A model generated the notes under the pieces. That model was not told where the DNA came from, did not search any database, and saw only the letters and a list, made by a program, of their open reading frames with translations. This document shows positions 1 through 12,850 of a stretch of DNA of 64,000 nt, piece by piece. The stretch lies in the NCBI RefSeq assembly GCF_006345805.1, contig NC_043006.1, positions 8,184,001 through 8,248,000 on the forward strand, given 5' to 3'. Numbering within the stretch: position 1 is the stretch's first letter; each line of letters opens with the position of its first letter. This DNA comes from Octopus sinensis (Eukaryota). The translations under genes and the position numbers were made by a program.

Positions 1-1
1 G

Positions 2-420
2 GACATACTCAACGGAGAGCTTGCTAGGGGCACTAGGTCTGTGGGAAGACCGTTCTTACGATACAAGGATGTTTGCAAAAGGGACATGAATGCCTGCAAC
101 ATCAATATTACTGCGAAGCAGTTGCCAGCAACCCTGGTAATTGGCGACGTACCGTAAAAAAGGGAACACAAAGGAGTGACATAGAGAGAGAGAGAGGAGA
201 AATGGAAAGACAAGAAAAGACGTCAACAAGATACTATGACATTACAACCAGCCAGGCAAATTCTTCGCTACATTTGCGGCACCTGCCAGAGGGAGTGTTT
301 GTCCAGGATAGAACTACACAGCCACAGCAGGAGATGTATTACAACATGAAATGTAAAGCCGGACTAGATTATTTTATGCGCAACTCCATTGTCTCCCAAG
401 ACAAAAAGGATGCCAACAAC
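2..420 (+). mobile_element. RTE-clade LINE 3' end (ORF2 C-terminus, frameshifted)
   Basis: Manual translation gives DILNGELARGTRSVGRPFLRYKDVCKRDM, then (frameshift) EAVASNPGNWRRTVKKG, and the zinc finger YICGTCQRECLSRIELHSHSRRC. It ends in CCATTGTCTCCCAAGACAAAAAGGATGCCAACAACAA, like RTE 3' ends. Confidence 0.85.
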
Positions 421-428
421 AATATATA

Positions 429-600
429 TGGATTTCGTAGACAGAAACTGAAACAAGTCAATTGTATATATATATGTGTATGTATATATGTAAGTGTATG
501 TGTGTGTCTTTGTCTCTGTGTTTCGCCCTCATCACTGCATCACAACTTACTGGTTTCACAAGAACAAACTGATAGAATAAGTACTAGGCTTATCAACATA
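429..600 (+). mobile_element. SINE family A, decayed internal/3' fragment
   Basis: Shares GGATTT.GTAGAC.GAAACTGAAA and GATAGAATAAGTACTAGGCTTA with the full copies elsewhere in the window. Confidence 0.65.
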
Positions 601-661
601 AAAAAGCATTAGGCTGTGTCTCATATTTTTGTTTGCCCACTCGGCTGTATCTATCAACTTA

Positions 662-855
<194 letters not shown>

Positions 856-859
856 ACAC

Positions 860-2172
860 TCTAATGGGAGCCTTAACTCCCAAATTTTAGTCATTTCTTT
901 TATGATCCAAAACTATGTCAAAAGTACTGAATGGATCTTTATGAAATTTGGAAATTATATTCTATGCATAAGGGCCATAACCCCCATGACAATTCATATA
1001 TTTTTGCTGTTGATGAAATTTTAACCATAGATATTAGACACAAATGAAGTAGTATTTATAAAATTTCATCTTCTTACAAAGTTAGAAAGACCCCTCCATG
1101 GGGACTTAACACCCTCAATGTGGTCATTTTATCTAAGCAAAAACGAATACAGTTGTGCTCTTGGAAGCTGTAGGGTTACCCGAGCATAAAAGTTGGGCAT
1201 TATTTCTAATTCAATGGTACAACAGTGTAACAGTTTGCTTTGACATACACATGCATTATGATTTCTGCAATGTGGTGTATAAATTGTCAAGTAAATGAGA
1301 GGCATCTTTGCCTCCATTGATTCAGTTGGAAAGTGTTGAGTAAAGTTATTTGATTGCAGATCTCCTTTCAGTCTTTTTATTATCACTCGGTCACACATAG
1401 TCCCTAGATGGTAACACAGATTTCAAGGCCTTCCCAGATGAGTGACTAGTTATTCAAAGACATTTATAGATTTTAAATTTACTCTGCCCAGATACGTATC
1501 AGTATAGTGGTCATTTGCAAACTCCAGAGGTGACACTTTAATTTTTCCTTAGCCCTCACGTCACACAGTTGCTAATGTTTATTTCAGTTGGGTCACGTCC
1601 TTCGAATTGTTATAGATTCCTAATGCATCTTACGACTGTGCCTGTCACCTGCATGGTGAGGAATCCTACATTGGGAGTGGTAACGACTAGGGTAGGGTAA
1701 CTGACTGCCTATTGTGATCATTCGTCTTTTGGTTTCCTGTCGCTTTGCTTTCTTTTACAAACCCAGGGAACATATATTTGCTATTTCAAAGAAATACAAA
1801 CAATAGATATAAGACCCAAGTTAAAAAGATTTTCAACAATTCAACTTCTCTGGTTGATATTAAGATGCCCACCCCCAACAGGAGCCTTAACTCTCGCATT
1901 TTAGAGCTCCATGACCTTCACTTTTCAGGAGCAAAATCTTTTTAACAGGTTCAATAAGACTAGAATTTCGGAATATGCGCATAAAAATCAGTAGTATGGG
2001 ATACATGTGGCACGATTACAATTTTTTTAGAGTGTGTAAAGAGGGAAATAACCCTCATCTGGGTAACGATGAAATTCGAAACATAGATATTCCAGTTCAT
2101 TACAGAAAATATAACAGAAAAGTCGAATTCTTCAATTTTATATAACCGGGCAACGCCGGGTATCTCTGCTAG
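860..2172 (+). mobile_element. Non-autonomous Helitron-like element (3' end clear, 5' extent uncertain)
   Basis: The 3' end CCGGGCAACGCCGGGTATCTCTGCTAG/T (2146-2172) is a GC hairpin plus CTAG followed by T. A 24-bp block GGAGCCTTAACTC...TTTTAG occurs at 867-890 and 1881-1904 (21/24 identical). The 5' boundary is a guess. Confidence 0.5.
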
Positions 2173-3041
2173 TTATCTATAAAATATTCTTTTATACTTA
2201 CTATTTTGTGTGTCTCAATTCTCATAATGTTTTTTTGCGTTATGGGGAGACCCTAAGGAGCAACAGCATTCTAGGTTTGGTCATATAAAGGAGTAAAAAA
2301 AGGGAAAAGGTGCCATCTGGCTTTCTGCAACTGAAATTTCTGAAGTTCCAGTTGTTTATCTTCCGAATAATACCAACATCATTGTTTAAGAGAGTGCTCC
2401 AGCTAACTTTGTTACAAACATTACTTATAAATTTCAAAGATCGTTGGATGCTATGAATTATTCTTCTGGAGGAGGATAGTATGATTATTCGAGTATATGC
2501 AGTTTTTTTAAAGTGTAAGAGGAAAAATGTCCCCTCATTTAGCACTATTTAGCCCTAACGATTACAACAAATAGATCGTAGTGGAGGTGTGTTTGGATTC
2601 ACCATTGATAAATTTTTGAAACTTGAACTGATCTTTTTACACGCTCTATGAAGAAATACAAAACTGGAAATTTACGTTTGAGAATGGGATCTGTGCATCT
2701 GATGGTTAGTTGAGAAACCGAAGTAGGTCTTCGACTAAACTCCCATTCGGCTCTCTTTTATGATTGTGTTGGACATAAAACATTACGTTATAATTTCATT
2801 TAGCTTGTTTAAAGAATTTGATTGCTTAATGAATATTACCGACTGTTAATCATTATACAATAATTGTGACACTGTTGCTATCCCTTGATTTGAGAGTTCT
2901 CGTACAGAAGGTTGGCATATATAAAATATAACAAATATAGAAATTTAGAATATAGCAATATGCGCCCAAACCAAATCTTTCGCATTCGTATTTGGTGCTG
3001 GCTCCTAGAAATAACAGAAAAATCTCTTACAAAATCTTTGT

Positions 3042-3835
3042 TACCCGAAAGAAACAGGAATGATATTTTATTCACTTGTTTTACCTGTTTACTCTTTTAT
3101 TGCATTCAAAGTGTTCCCCAGTTGAAGCAATGCATCGGACCAGGCGCGTTTTCCACTGTTCGAAGCAGTTCTAGAACTCTTGCGAAGTGGTGCCTTTTCG
3201 CGCCTCCGTCGTTTCTTTCTTCAGATCTTCCACGTTTTCAAATCCGTATCACCGGCTTTCGCCAATAGTGCTGACTTTCGATCAATTTCCAGCTGTTATT
3301 TCAGTTTACAACAAGCATTCGGTCGTGACTGCTTTTAATTTTCCGTGAGCAAGCGTGGCACGTCTATTGCTGCAACTTTTTTTTATTCGCATTTCCTCGC
3401 TCAAAATTTGTTGGCAAGATCTCCAGAAAACGTCAGTCATATCGACAAGTTCGTCAGTTGTTCGTTGATAGTTCTTTAAGATCGGTTCATTAATTGTCAT
3501 CATGTTTTCATTTGTTCAGTTTGAACAAGGTTGGTCCTCAGGCGACAAAGGACCATTCCTAAAGCGTAGAAACCAGTTGTAAATTTGTGTTTTGCTCATA
3601 GCAGCGTCCTTGTACGCTATTTGAAGCATGACAACTGTTTCGGCCGCCGCAGGAAACAGAATTTCACGGAAGCACGCTGTTCCTTAGTTGCGGTCATCGC
3701 AAAAACCGACGAATAGGGAAGAAGCACTGCAAAACAAACAAGCACCACCCCAACGCCGCCGGTCGGGAAACTGACGCCTGAAATACAAGGGTTTGCCCGA
3801 GAGAGAACGTTTCCGGTCACTTTTTGGTGCATGTA
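3042..3835 (-). mobile_element. Internally deleted mariner transposon
   Basis: Minus strand gives the N-terminal HTH MTATKEQRASVKFCFL...AAETVVMLQIAYKDAAMSKTQIYNWFLRFRNG and the C-terminal FENVEDLKKETTEARKGTTSQEF*NCFEQWKTRLVRCIASTGEHFE. A TIR-like TTCCGGTCACTTTTTGGTGCATGTA ends at 3835. Confidence 0.85.
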
Positions 3836-4113
3836 TTTAAAATGATGCATTGTTTAGAATGCCAACTAAAGTATACAGTAATATAGATTGATGAGAACAT
3901 TGATATTTGTAAGTATCTCTTTGCATGCGTATGTGTTTGGTAATCAGGTACGAACATATGAACACGACAAATTACAGAGATTACATGTTAGACGGGGGAA
4001 TAAGTTCACTTAGATTACTAAGATCACTGAATATATGCATTTATCGAATATCAATGACACTCTCTTGACCTCTCTCTCACACACACTCTCTTTCTTTTAC
4101 TTACTATCTCTTC

Positions 4114-4176
<63 letters not shown>

Positions 4177-4179
<3 letters not shown>

Positions 4180-4373
4180 ATGCCCGGGTTGAGTCGGGGT
4201 TAACCACAGTAAATAAGGTACTCAATACATAGCAGAGTAAATTAATTTATTTTATAGAAGGAGCTTCTACAGGACTAGAACTGTTTCATTCAAAAGAAAT
4301 CATCAGGAACTTCCTGATGATTTCTTTTGAATGAAACAGTTCTAGTCCTGTAGAAGCTCCTTCTATAAAATAA
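4177..4373. mobile_element. Short Penelope-pLTR-like element containing a perfect palindrome (63-bp arms, 4247-4373)
   Basis: The arms are exact reverse complements around C4310. The element is flanked by (TA)n on both sides and contains a hammerhead motif. Confidence 0.7.
4306..4360 (+). ncRNA. Type I hammerhead ribozyme motif (GUA cleavage triplet)
   Basis: Stem I GGAACTTC/GAAGCTCC (7/8 paired); core CTGATGA 4314-4320; stem II TTC-TTTT-GAA closed by U.U; GAAA 4333-4336; stem III ACAG/CTGT; H17 = A4352. Confidence 0.65.
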
Positions 4374-4431
4374 GTATATATATATATATATATATCTATA
4401 TATATATATATAATATATATATATATATATA

Positions 4432-4755
4432 AACAATTGCAGCGTTATATAAACACAAAAACCGTTAGGTTCACTTCAACATATGAATTTAATTTGTCAA
4501 AATATTTTCGTCGCTTTGAGGCTGCGACCTGTTCACTGACAAAGCTTCGTGCTGCATCGAAGCTTTGTCAGTGAACAGGTCGCAGCCTCAAAGCGACGAA
4601 AATATTTTGACAAATTAAATTCATATGTTGAAGTGAACCTAACGGTTTTTGTGTTTTTCTTAAATGGTTTATAAATACCTTCCACGCTGCAATTGTTTTC
4701 GTTCCAGCACACGATCTCAGATCAAGTCACTCGCTATGCAAGTACATCTCTATAA
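4432..4755. mobile_element. Short Penelope-pLTR-like element with a perfect palindrome (99-bp arms, 4451-4549 / 4558-4656)
   Basis: The arms are exact reverse complements with an 8-nt spacer. An outer match AACAATTGCAGCGT / ACGCTGCAATTGTT extends it. Flanked by (TA)n. Confidence 0.7.
4564..4614 (+). ncRNA. Minimal type I hammerhead-like motif, G3:C8 core variant (mirror copy on minus strand at 4493-4543)
   Basis: Stem I TTTGTCA/TGACAAA (7 bp); core GTGAACA plus an extra G; stem II GTCGC/GCGAC; GAAA; self-complementary stem III AATATT; H17 = T4607. Confidence 0.55.
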
Positions 4756-4819
4756 TATATATATATATATATATACATATAAATATATATAATACTTCTG
4801 TTTGTTTTGTATGTATATA

Positions 4820-4971
4820 GGCGCAGGCATGGCTGTGTGGTAAGAACTTATTTCCCAACCACATGCTTCCTGGTTCAGTGGCACCCTGGGCGCGCGTCTT
4901 CTACTTTAGCCTTGGGGGTGACCAAAGCCATGGAAGTGGATTTGGTAGACAGACACTGAAAGAAGCCCTTC
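4820..4971 (+). mobile_element. SINE family A (tRNA-derived, OR/OK-type cephalopod SINE), 5' half
   Basis: Head GGCGCAGG.ATGGCTGTGTGGTAAG (A box) and GGTTCAGT (B box); homologous to the other family A copies. Confidence 0.75.
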
Positions 4972-4977
4972 TTATAA

Positions 4978-5037
<60 letters not shown>

Positions 5038-5323
5038 GGAGGCCCAATGGCCCAGTGGTTAGAGCAGCGGACTCGCGGTCGTAGGATCGCGGTTTCGATT
5101 CCAAGACCGGGCGCTGTGAGTGTTTATTGAGCGAAAACACCTAAAGCTCCACGAGGCTCCGACATGGGGTGGTGGCGACCCTTGTTGTATTCTTTCGCCA
5201 CAACTTTCTCTCACTCTCTCTTCTGTTGGCTTGTTTGCTTAGCCAGCGGGGTGGCGTCATTTGAAAACTAAAACAATGTGTAGCAACATGTGATAGCCTG
5301 GTCGGTCAAGGTGATCACGGGGA
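5038..5323 (+). mobile_element. tRNA-derived SINE family B
   Basis: A box TGGCCCAGTGG and B box GGTTTCGATTCC; homologous to 30359-30661. Confidence 0.8.
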
Positions 5324-5454
5324 TATATATATATATATATATAATATATATATATATAATATATACATTATGCATTGTTATAAATCTGTCTAATAAAGGC
5401 TTGAAACTTATGTACCGCTGAATCCTTGGCATCATGTCTTTATTTTGATCAATA

Positions 5455-5489
<35 letters not shown>

Positions 5490-5512
5490 TTATGTATGTA
5501 TGTATGTATGTA

Positions 5513-5547
<35 letters not shown>

Positions 5548-5587
5548 ATGTGTGTGTGTATGTATGTATGTATTATGTATGTATGTA

Positions 5588-5620
<33 letters not shown>
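5455..5620. repeat. (TA)n/(TATG)n/(TG)n compound microsatellite
   Basis: Directly visible. Confidence 0.9.
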
Positions 5621-6372
5621 CTGTGTGTTGGTCCGTGTGTGTCCATATCAGTGTATATGTGTATTTGTGTAAAAGCATCCCTGAGAGAATGAAAGTGCAT
5701 TGTCATGTGGACCGTGTGTTTGGCTCGCAATCATTCACCCATGTGCGCCGTTTTCTTGTTTAGCCAGGAAGTACATTTCAATTTGATCCAGCCTTCTCAG
5801 ATGAAAAAGAGTACTAAATGAGTGAGGGTGCATATCTTTCTTTTTCTAAGGGTTAATTCCTGTATGTATTTGCTCGTTCAAAAGCTAGGGCTGCTGTGAA
5901 GCTTCCTAGGCATGTGAGTACAATATGGACACGCGATATTATAGTGTGTTACCGAACGACATGTGTTCGTGGATGGAGGCTGGCTGTAATATGAACACAT
6001 ACACACACACAAACACGCACACATATATATTTATGTATATATATATATATATAACTGTAATTAGACACATACACACATGCACACATATACATACACACGC
6101 ACTCATATTTTAATTACACTTTCACGAAGAAAGCTTTCATGTGGTTGACGACGAGCAAATTGAAATTTGTTAATCACTCTCGAATTTTCTCTTATATTGT
6201 AACATGTACTCTATAGCAGATTATTCCTTTACTTGTTGCATTTAATATGAAATCCTTTTATATATATTTGACACAAGGTAGATAGATAGGCAGCTATGTA
6301 TGTAGGTAGGCAGGCAGATAGATAGATCGATAGATAGATACACACACACAAACACACGCACACACTCACATA

Positions 6373-6810
6373 TACGAGGGGAATTCAAAAGTTATCCGCA
6401 CCTTCGCCATAATATATCTTTATTATTGTCATAGTGTCTTTTGCGCATGCGTGCCTTTAGCTGGTACTATTCTGGTCACATCATCGGAGTTTGAGTCTGA
6501 TCACGCCATTTTTCTTTTCGACTTTACAGTGTAAGCATGGCCGCTCCACTAAGTATATCCACTAAAGGAAGACAAGGAGTAGGGATCCGATTTCTCTGGA
6601 CGGATGTTGTGTCGGGTGTGGAAAATCATCCACGTTTTGCTCGGTTTCCATAAATTCTGTGTAAGATTGGTGCCAAGAGAGCTTACTGCAGGGCACAAGC
6701 GCAAATGTTTTGAGGTCTACAAACACTACAACAATGAGAGCGGGGAACCTTTGAGCAGAAAAGGCACAAGAGATGAACCGTGGGTCCATCATTATGAGGC
6801 AGACCTCAAA
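6373..6810 (+). mobile_element. Mariner 5' fragment with internal deletion
   Basis: TIR-like TACGAGGGGAATTCAAAAGTTATCCGCAC; MAAPLSISTKGRQGVGIRFLW; LGFHKFCVRLVPRELT (WVPxxL motif) and TRDEPWVHHYE (TGDETW motif). Confidence 0.85.
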
Positions 6811-7076
6811 ATAACCCTCTTATATACATTTGTATGTGTGCGTGTTTGTGAGTTCATTCCCATCATCGCCTAACAATCAGTGCTTAGTTTCTGTAAAATA
6901 TGGGTTCACCAAAAGAGCTCGATAGAATACGGAAGAGGCTCAATATGAAAAAAATGTATGCGGTTCGATTCATTCCAACAAATATTTTTTTAAGGCAGTG
7001 CCCCAACCTCACGTATTCTAAGGATTGAAGGAAGTAAAAGATGAACGAATTATATACGTATGTGCGTATGTATGTA

Positions 7077-7151
<75 letters not shown>

Positions 7152-8229
7152 GATATATAATTCAATGCATAGAACATAAGCAACTTCACCAAAAATATAG
7201 CAGTGCAGTGGATTTACATGTCCACATAGAAAAAAATATACATGAAATAAACATCTACGAAAATAAACACAACATCCCCAAAAATTTATTTGAAAAGTGA
7301 TTAATTTATTAATATAATGTGTTCCTTCATGGACGCCTACGAGAACGGTTCGTGTCAGTAGGCATATAGAAAAGCTTTTTGAAGGATTATCAGAGATGAT
7401 TCTGTTTATAAATGGATTTTGTCAGCAAAATTGAGGAACACTGAATTTTGAAAAGTGAATCGTAAACAATGGTTTTGTCTTGTCCTGCAGAAATTCGGTT
7501 TCGCATGGATTAGTTATCGCAAAATACACGACGGCATTTTATTGATTATAACATAGAAGTATATTTTACGCCTGACTAGAAGAAACTTGTCTCGTCACAG
7601 TGATATTACTACCACCTTCTTTGAAAAGATGCGTCTATCCTAAAGATCTACTTGCATCTCTAATACAGAGTACTTGATATAAGAAAGTAAACGGCCGCCC
7701 ACTCTATGTATTAGTTTCAGTAGCCTTGTTGTACTTCATAAGGGTCTTGGTTTCATTCGATGTTGAAGCTTATTGCTTACTGGTTTTAAATCGCTGCGCG
7801 TCTATTATTTGGCGATTTCACTAGGGTCATTTCGTCCCTGCACCTGTTCCGTTGTTTTCTGAGTATATCTTGTCGAATTACAGATTCATAATTATCTATT
7901 TTCCAGATAAAATTGACTGCTTTGATTCCGCTTTCGCTGGATAGCAAAAAAGAAGTTTAATACAAATTCAGTACTTGTATAGACATTTAGTGAAATACCA
8001 AACTTAACAGGAAAAAGTAATGCAATAAGCTACACATTGCACGAAATCTTTTCGATCGCTTTTACTTGGAGAAGCAAAATTACGACAAATAGATCTAATA
8101 ACTCAATTTAGCATGAAAAAAAATCTATAAAAACCTTCAGAAAGGAACATTACAGAAATGATCATCGAAACGACATATAATTTATGAAATATTTTTTCTT
8201 CAAAAGCATCTTCACGAAATCTCGATAAA

Positions 8230-8531
<302 letters not shown>

Positions 8532-8545
<14 letters not shown>

Positions 8546-8583
8546 AAAACAAGATTTCAATTTCGATTCCAAGCAGTGACCTC

Positions 8584-8644
<61 letters not shown>

Positions 8645-8830
8645 TCGAAAAATACCCTAGGAATGAGAACCCAGGTTCGAAATTTCTCTAAGACACCCGA
8701 TGAAGGCTGTAGTATATATCAGCCGAAACGTTGTGTTAACAACAAACGAGATGAGGACAAATATCCATCAAATATAAATAATGTAAATAATGTACATAAT
8801 TTCCCATCTCTTAAATATAGGACTAAATTA
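8532..8830 (+). mobile_element. SINE family F, plus copy
   Basis: TTCGATTCCAAGCAGTGACC, then (AAT)n at 8584-8643, then a tail with a hammerhead motif and an AATAATGTAAATAATGT end. Confidence 0.7.
8692..8737 (+). ncRNA. Minimal hammerhead motif, U4C variant
   Basis: GACAC CCGATGA A GGCTG-tagtatatat-CAGCC GAAA CG TT GTGTT; stem III is the palindrome AACGTT. Confidence 0.55.
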
Positions 8831-9419
8831 ACCTTTAATGCAGTAATATAATGGTGACTATTGTAAAAAGATATACAAAATTCAGACTCGTGTCGCATAC
8901 ATTAAATTAAACATATATAAAAATATTTCTAATATAAAATCCATCTTCAAATATATTCGGTGTTGCGATTATGGTTAATTGAGGACAGTTCGTGTATTAA
9001 AATTGAATTTATTGCAGAGTGTATATGAGTAAGTATGACACAAGTTCGTGAAATGTTCCTTCCGTTACTGTTGTGAAATCAGACATCTTTACTTCATAGG
9101 GATGCAACAGTGGAAACGATTGTTCGGTAGCTATGGTCTCGGGGCGAAAGATCAGGTTGGTCCAATGTAGCTACTAGTGTACCCTACTATATATGTCTCT
9201 GATTAGCGCTAGATTGAATCGAGACTACATGCTCTTACCTGGAATCGTAAGTGTGCATACGGACGTACTGTAATATATTAGTTAAATACAGATGCCAATT
9301 CAATGAAGCTCTTTTGCCATTGATTTTATGTATATCGATATTGTAGCGCTCATAATATTTGGTGGTCATACGCGGTAATACATGCATACATACATGCATA
9401 CATATATACACACATATAT

Positions 9420-9467
<48 letters not shown>

Positions 9468-9500
9468 TATATATATTATATATATATATATACATACATA

Positions 9501-9531
<31 letters not shown>

Positions 9532-10383
9532 CATACATACATAATATATATATATATATATATATATATCGTGTCCATAAATACAAACAGACATACGCAG
9601 ATATAACAGATACACACATATGTGTGTATGTGTGTGTGCGTGCTTGTGTGTGCGTGTGTGCGTGTGTCTGTGTGTCTGTGTGCGTGTGATGCAATTTCTA
9701 ACTGGTCTTACTTTTACTTTACACTATCACATTGTACATATTGATCTTCCCACTTTCGCAAGGATACCTCAAATCGGGCAGTAAACGTGTCCATTTTGCT
9801 GAAGGGACACAATATTTATGCACGTTATATTACATATCTGCCTGAGGCCGTGACATATTCTAATAAACCTTGACCTTGATAAAATGTGGGAGATAACCTC
9901 TAAGCGGTCTCTCCATGTGTTTACTGTCATACTTGCTTACGACACTGCAACATATAAACTTGGATTTTGTGTTATGTAACTAGCAGCCAGCATTTATGTC
10001 CACCAGATTTCAATAATTACGTTTCGGTCTTACCATTTTCTTTCCTTTCAATCTAATCAATAGCTTGCCACAAATCTATCGCAAGCTAATGCTTAAAGGG
10101 TAAGATGTGATCTATTTAATGAAGATTTTATTTATTCATCAATCCGCTCCGATCTACTAATTTACTGAAAGGTGTTAATGACGGCACAACTGTTTGATTA
10201 ATTAGTGAAAATACGAGGCTGTGGAAAAATACACTGACCATTCAAAATATGTGCCAACTATAGTGTAGAATAGTCTCGACTGCAGAGTTGTTTATTGAAG
10301 ACTTCACCATCCTGTCAATATTAGCTACATCACCTCTTGTCAGTTGGACATATATCTATACGTTTGTTTCCCAATAAGATGCA

Positions 10384-10697
10384 TAGCACCTTCAATAGGT
10401 GTCTTCTACTATAATCTCGGACTGACCAAAACCTTGTTGGTTGATTTAGTAGATGGAAACTGAAAGAGTCTGTCGTGAATATATATATATATATATATAT
10501 GCGCGCGTGTGCCTATGTTTGTCCTCCACCATCTCTTGACCACTGGTGTTGGTGTTTTACCTACCCGTAGCATAACGGCTCGGCAAAGGAGATGATGAAA
10601 TAAGTACCAGGCCTCAAAACATAAGTACTGGAGTCGATTTATTCGACTAAACTATTCTCCAAGACGGTGCCCTAGTATGCCTGAAACAAGTTAAAAC
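10384..10697 (+). mobile_element. SINE family A, old diverged copy lacking its head
   Basis: Collinear with family A from GCACCTT...GTGTCTTCTACTATA to GAAACAAG. Confidence 0.7.
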
Positions 10698-10819
10698 TAC
10701 ATATTTTGGAGTTATCATCACATACCTGATTCTTCTATGACCTTACAAATGTTATGGGTTGATATACATGCAATTTTCTATACCACAAGAAACTACGTTT
10801 CCTTGAATTCTTTCTTCAA

Positions 10820-11275
10820 TTCTTCATAACCGAGGGTGAGTGTTGGATTCATCACTTTGAGTCAGAGATGAACATGTAGTCTATGTAGTGAAATCACCTT
10901 TTTTAAACTGCTTCAAAGTGCATTTCATCTGCAAGTAATTGCCTCAGTTTTGGGGGATAGTGACTACCTTCGCTACTTTCGAAAGTGCCACCCCATCAAT
11001 GGAGAATACTATGTCAACTTGCTGAGGCAGTTTTGAAAGCCTATCAATGTCAAAGGCCCAGTAAGACTGACGAACGGTTTCTTGTTTCACCAGAACAGTG
11101 CTTCAGTATACACATCGTTGCTGTCAATGGGTGCTGTGCATGACTGACTTTGAACTTGTTGATCACCCTCCCTATTTTCCTGTTGTAGCCCATCTGACTA
11201 TCATTTGTTTCGCATCCTGAAAAGATAGATTTGGCTGGGAACCAATATCGCGGTGATGAGGATGTCAAAACCGTA
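10820..11275 (+). mobile_element. Mariner catalytic-domain remnant
   Basis: FITEGECWIHHFE; INGEYYVNLLRQ; LFHQNSA; FELVDHPPYFPVVAPSDYHLFR (YSPDLAPSD motif). Multiple stops. Confidence 0.85.
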
Positions 11276-11545
11276 TGGCTTAAAGCTATAACCTTATGAT
11301 AGTAAGCTCAACATTCTTCCAAGTGCCGTGTGGGTTAATTGTTTGTTAACCGATGGTATGTTAAAAGTTATTGAACCTAGTGTCTTGCAATGGGATAGGA
11401 AGCTGGAATCAGGTTACAAAAAAAAAACTTCTTAAATAAAGGACGGGGTTTTCATTAGTCCCTGTTTTTAAACTCGATTTTCTGGAAAGAATACTCCTCT
11501 TTTTTACTTTCATGTTACAATCTCTAAAATTTACGAACAACAAAG

Positions 11546-11945
11546 TGGTGATCTGCCAGAGTCGTGAGCACACCGAACAAAATGTTTAGCGACATTTCGT
11601 CCATCTTTACATTTTGTATTCAAATTCTGCTGGGGTCCTTTTTGCCTTCCATTCTTTCAACATCGACAAAATAAGTACCAGTCGAACACTAGGGTTTAAT
11701 CCCTCATCTGAGATTGCTGACCAATATTTATCAATGATAAGGCGGTGAGCTGACAGAATCGTTAATACGCTGGAAAAATGCTGAGCGGCATTTCATTTGT
11801 CTTTAGGTTCAGGGTTCAAATTGCATCAAGGTTGACTTTGCCTTTCATCGTTTTGGGCTCGATAAAATAAATACGAGTTGAGCGCTTATGTTGATGTAAT
11901 CGACTTACCACCAGCGCCGAAATCGCTGGCATTGTGCTAAAATTT
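11546..11945 (+). mobile_element. Two tandem copies of SINE family C (about 11546-11700 and 11737-11945)
   Basis: GGCGGTGAGCTG.CAGAATCGTTA...GGCATTTC...TTCAAATT...GACTTTGCCTTTCATC...GATAAAATAA motifs, shared with the copies at 28200, 28638 and 40176. Confidence 0.7.
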
Positions 11946-12489
11946 GAAGCGAATATTTATGAACGATTTAGAAATTTTAATTTTCATTGTCAGCTGTGTA
12001 CATTTACCACTTCTGGAATTTAATATACCATATAGTATCTTCTTATTTAATTTCTTTATCATCACACATATGAATACACGAAATATTGAGTGGGTGTTAA
12101 TGTTCTGTTTCAAACCGTTGAATATACATTATAGCCCCTCTACATAGAGAATATATAATGTTACTTACGTCCTATGCTTTCTACAGATTCCATGCTGTTT
12201 ATTCGGATGATCGAATGTTCGACCAGCACTTGACGGGAGGAGAGTTTTATTTCTTCATTGACGTTAATAAATTCAAATAATCAAATGCTCTCCGGAAATA
12301 CTATAACTCCTATATGATATTGAATGAAATTGAAACGGAGCAGTACCGTGTCACTGGTAACAGAATATGACTCCGAAACTTTATATTCATAATCTTGAAT
12401 GTATATAAGAACAGAGAATTTGGGAGTCTACAATAGTATATAGAGCACTCCATATTACAATGCTCTTGCTAATTCTGCATACACACACA

Positions 12490-12850
<361 letters not shown>

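Noticed and set aside
9239-9267. Possible 29-nt minus-strand microexon (TTACAG acceptor, CAG/GTAAGA donor)
   Set aside because: Good donor, but weak polypyrimidine tract, no recognisable peptide and no partner exon in the window.
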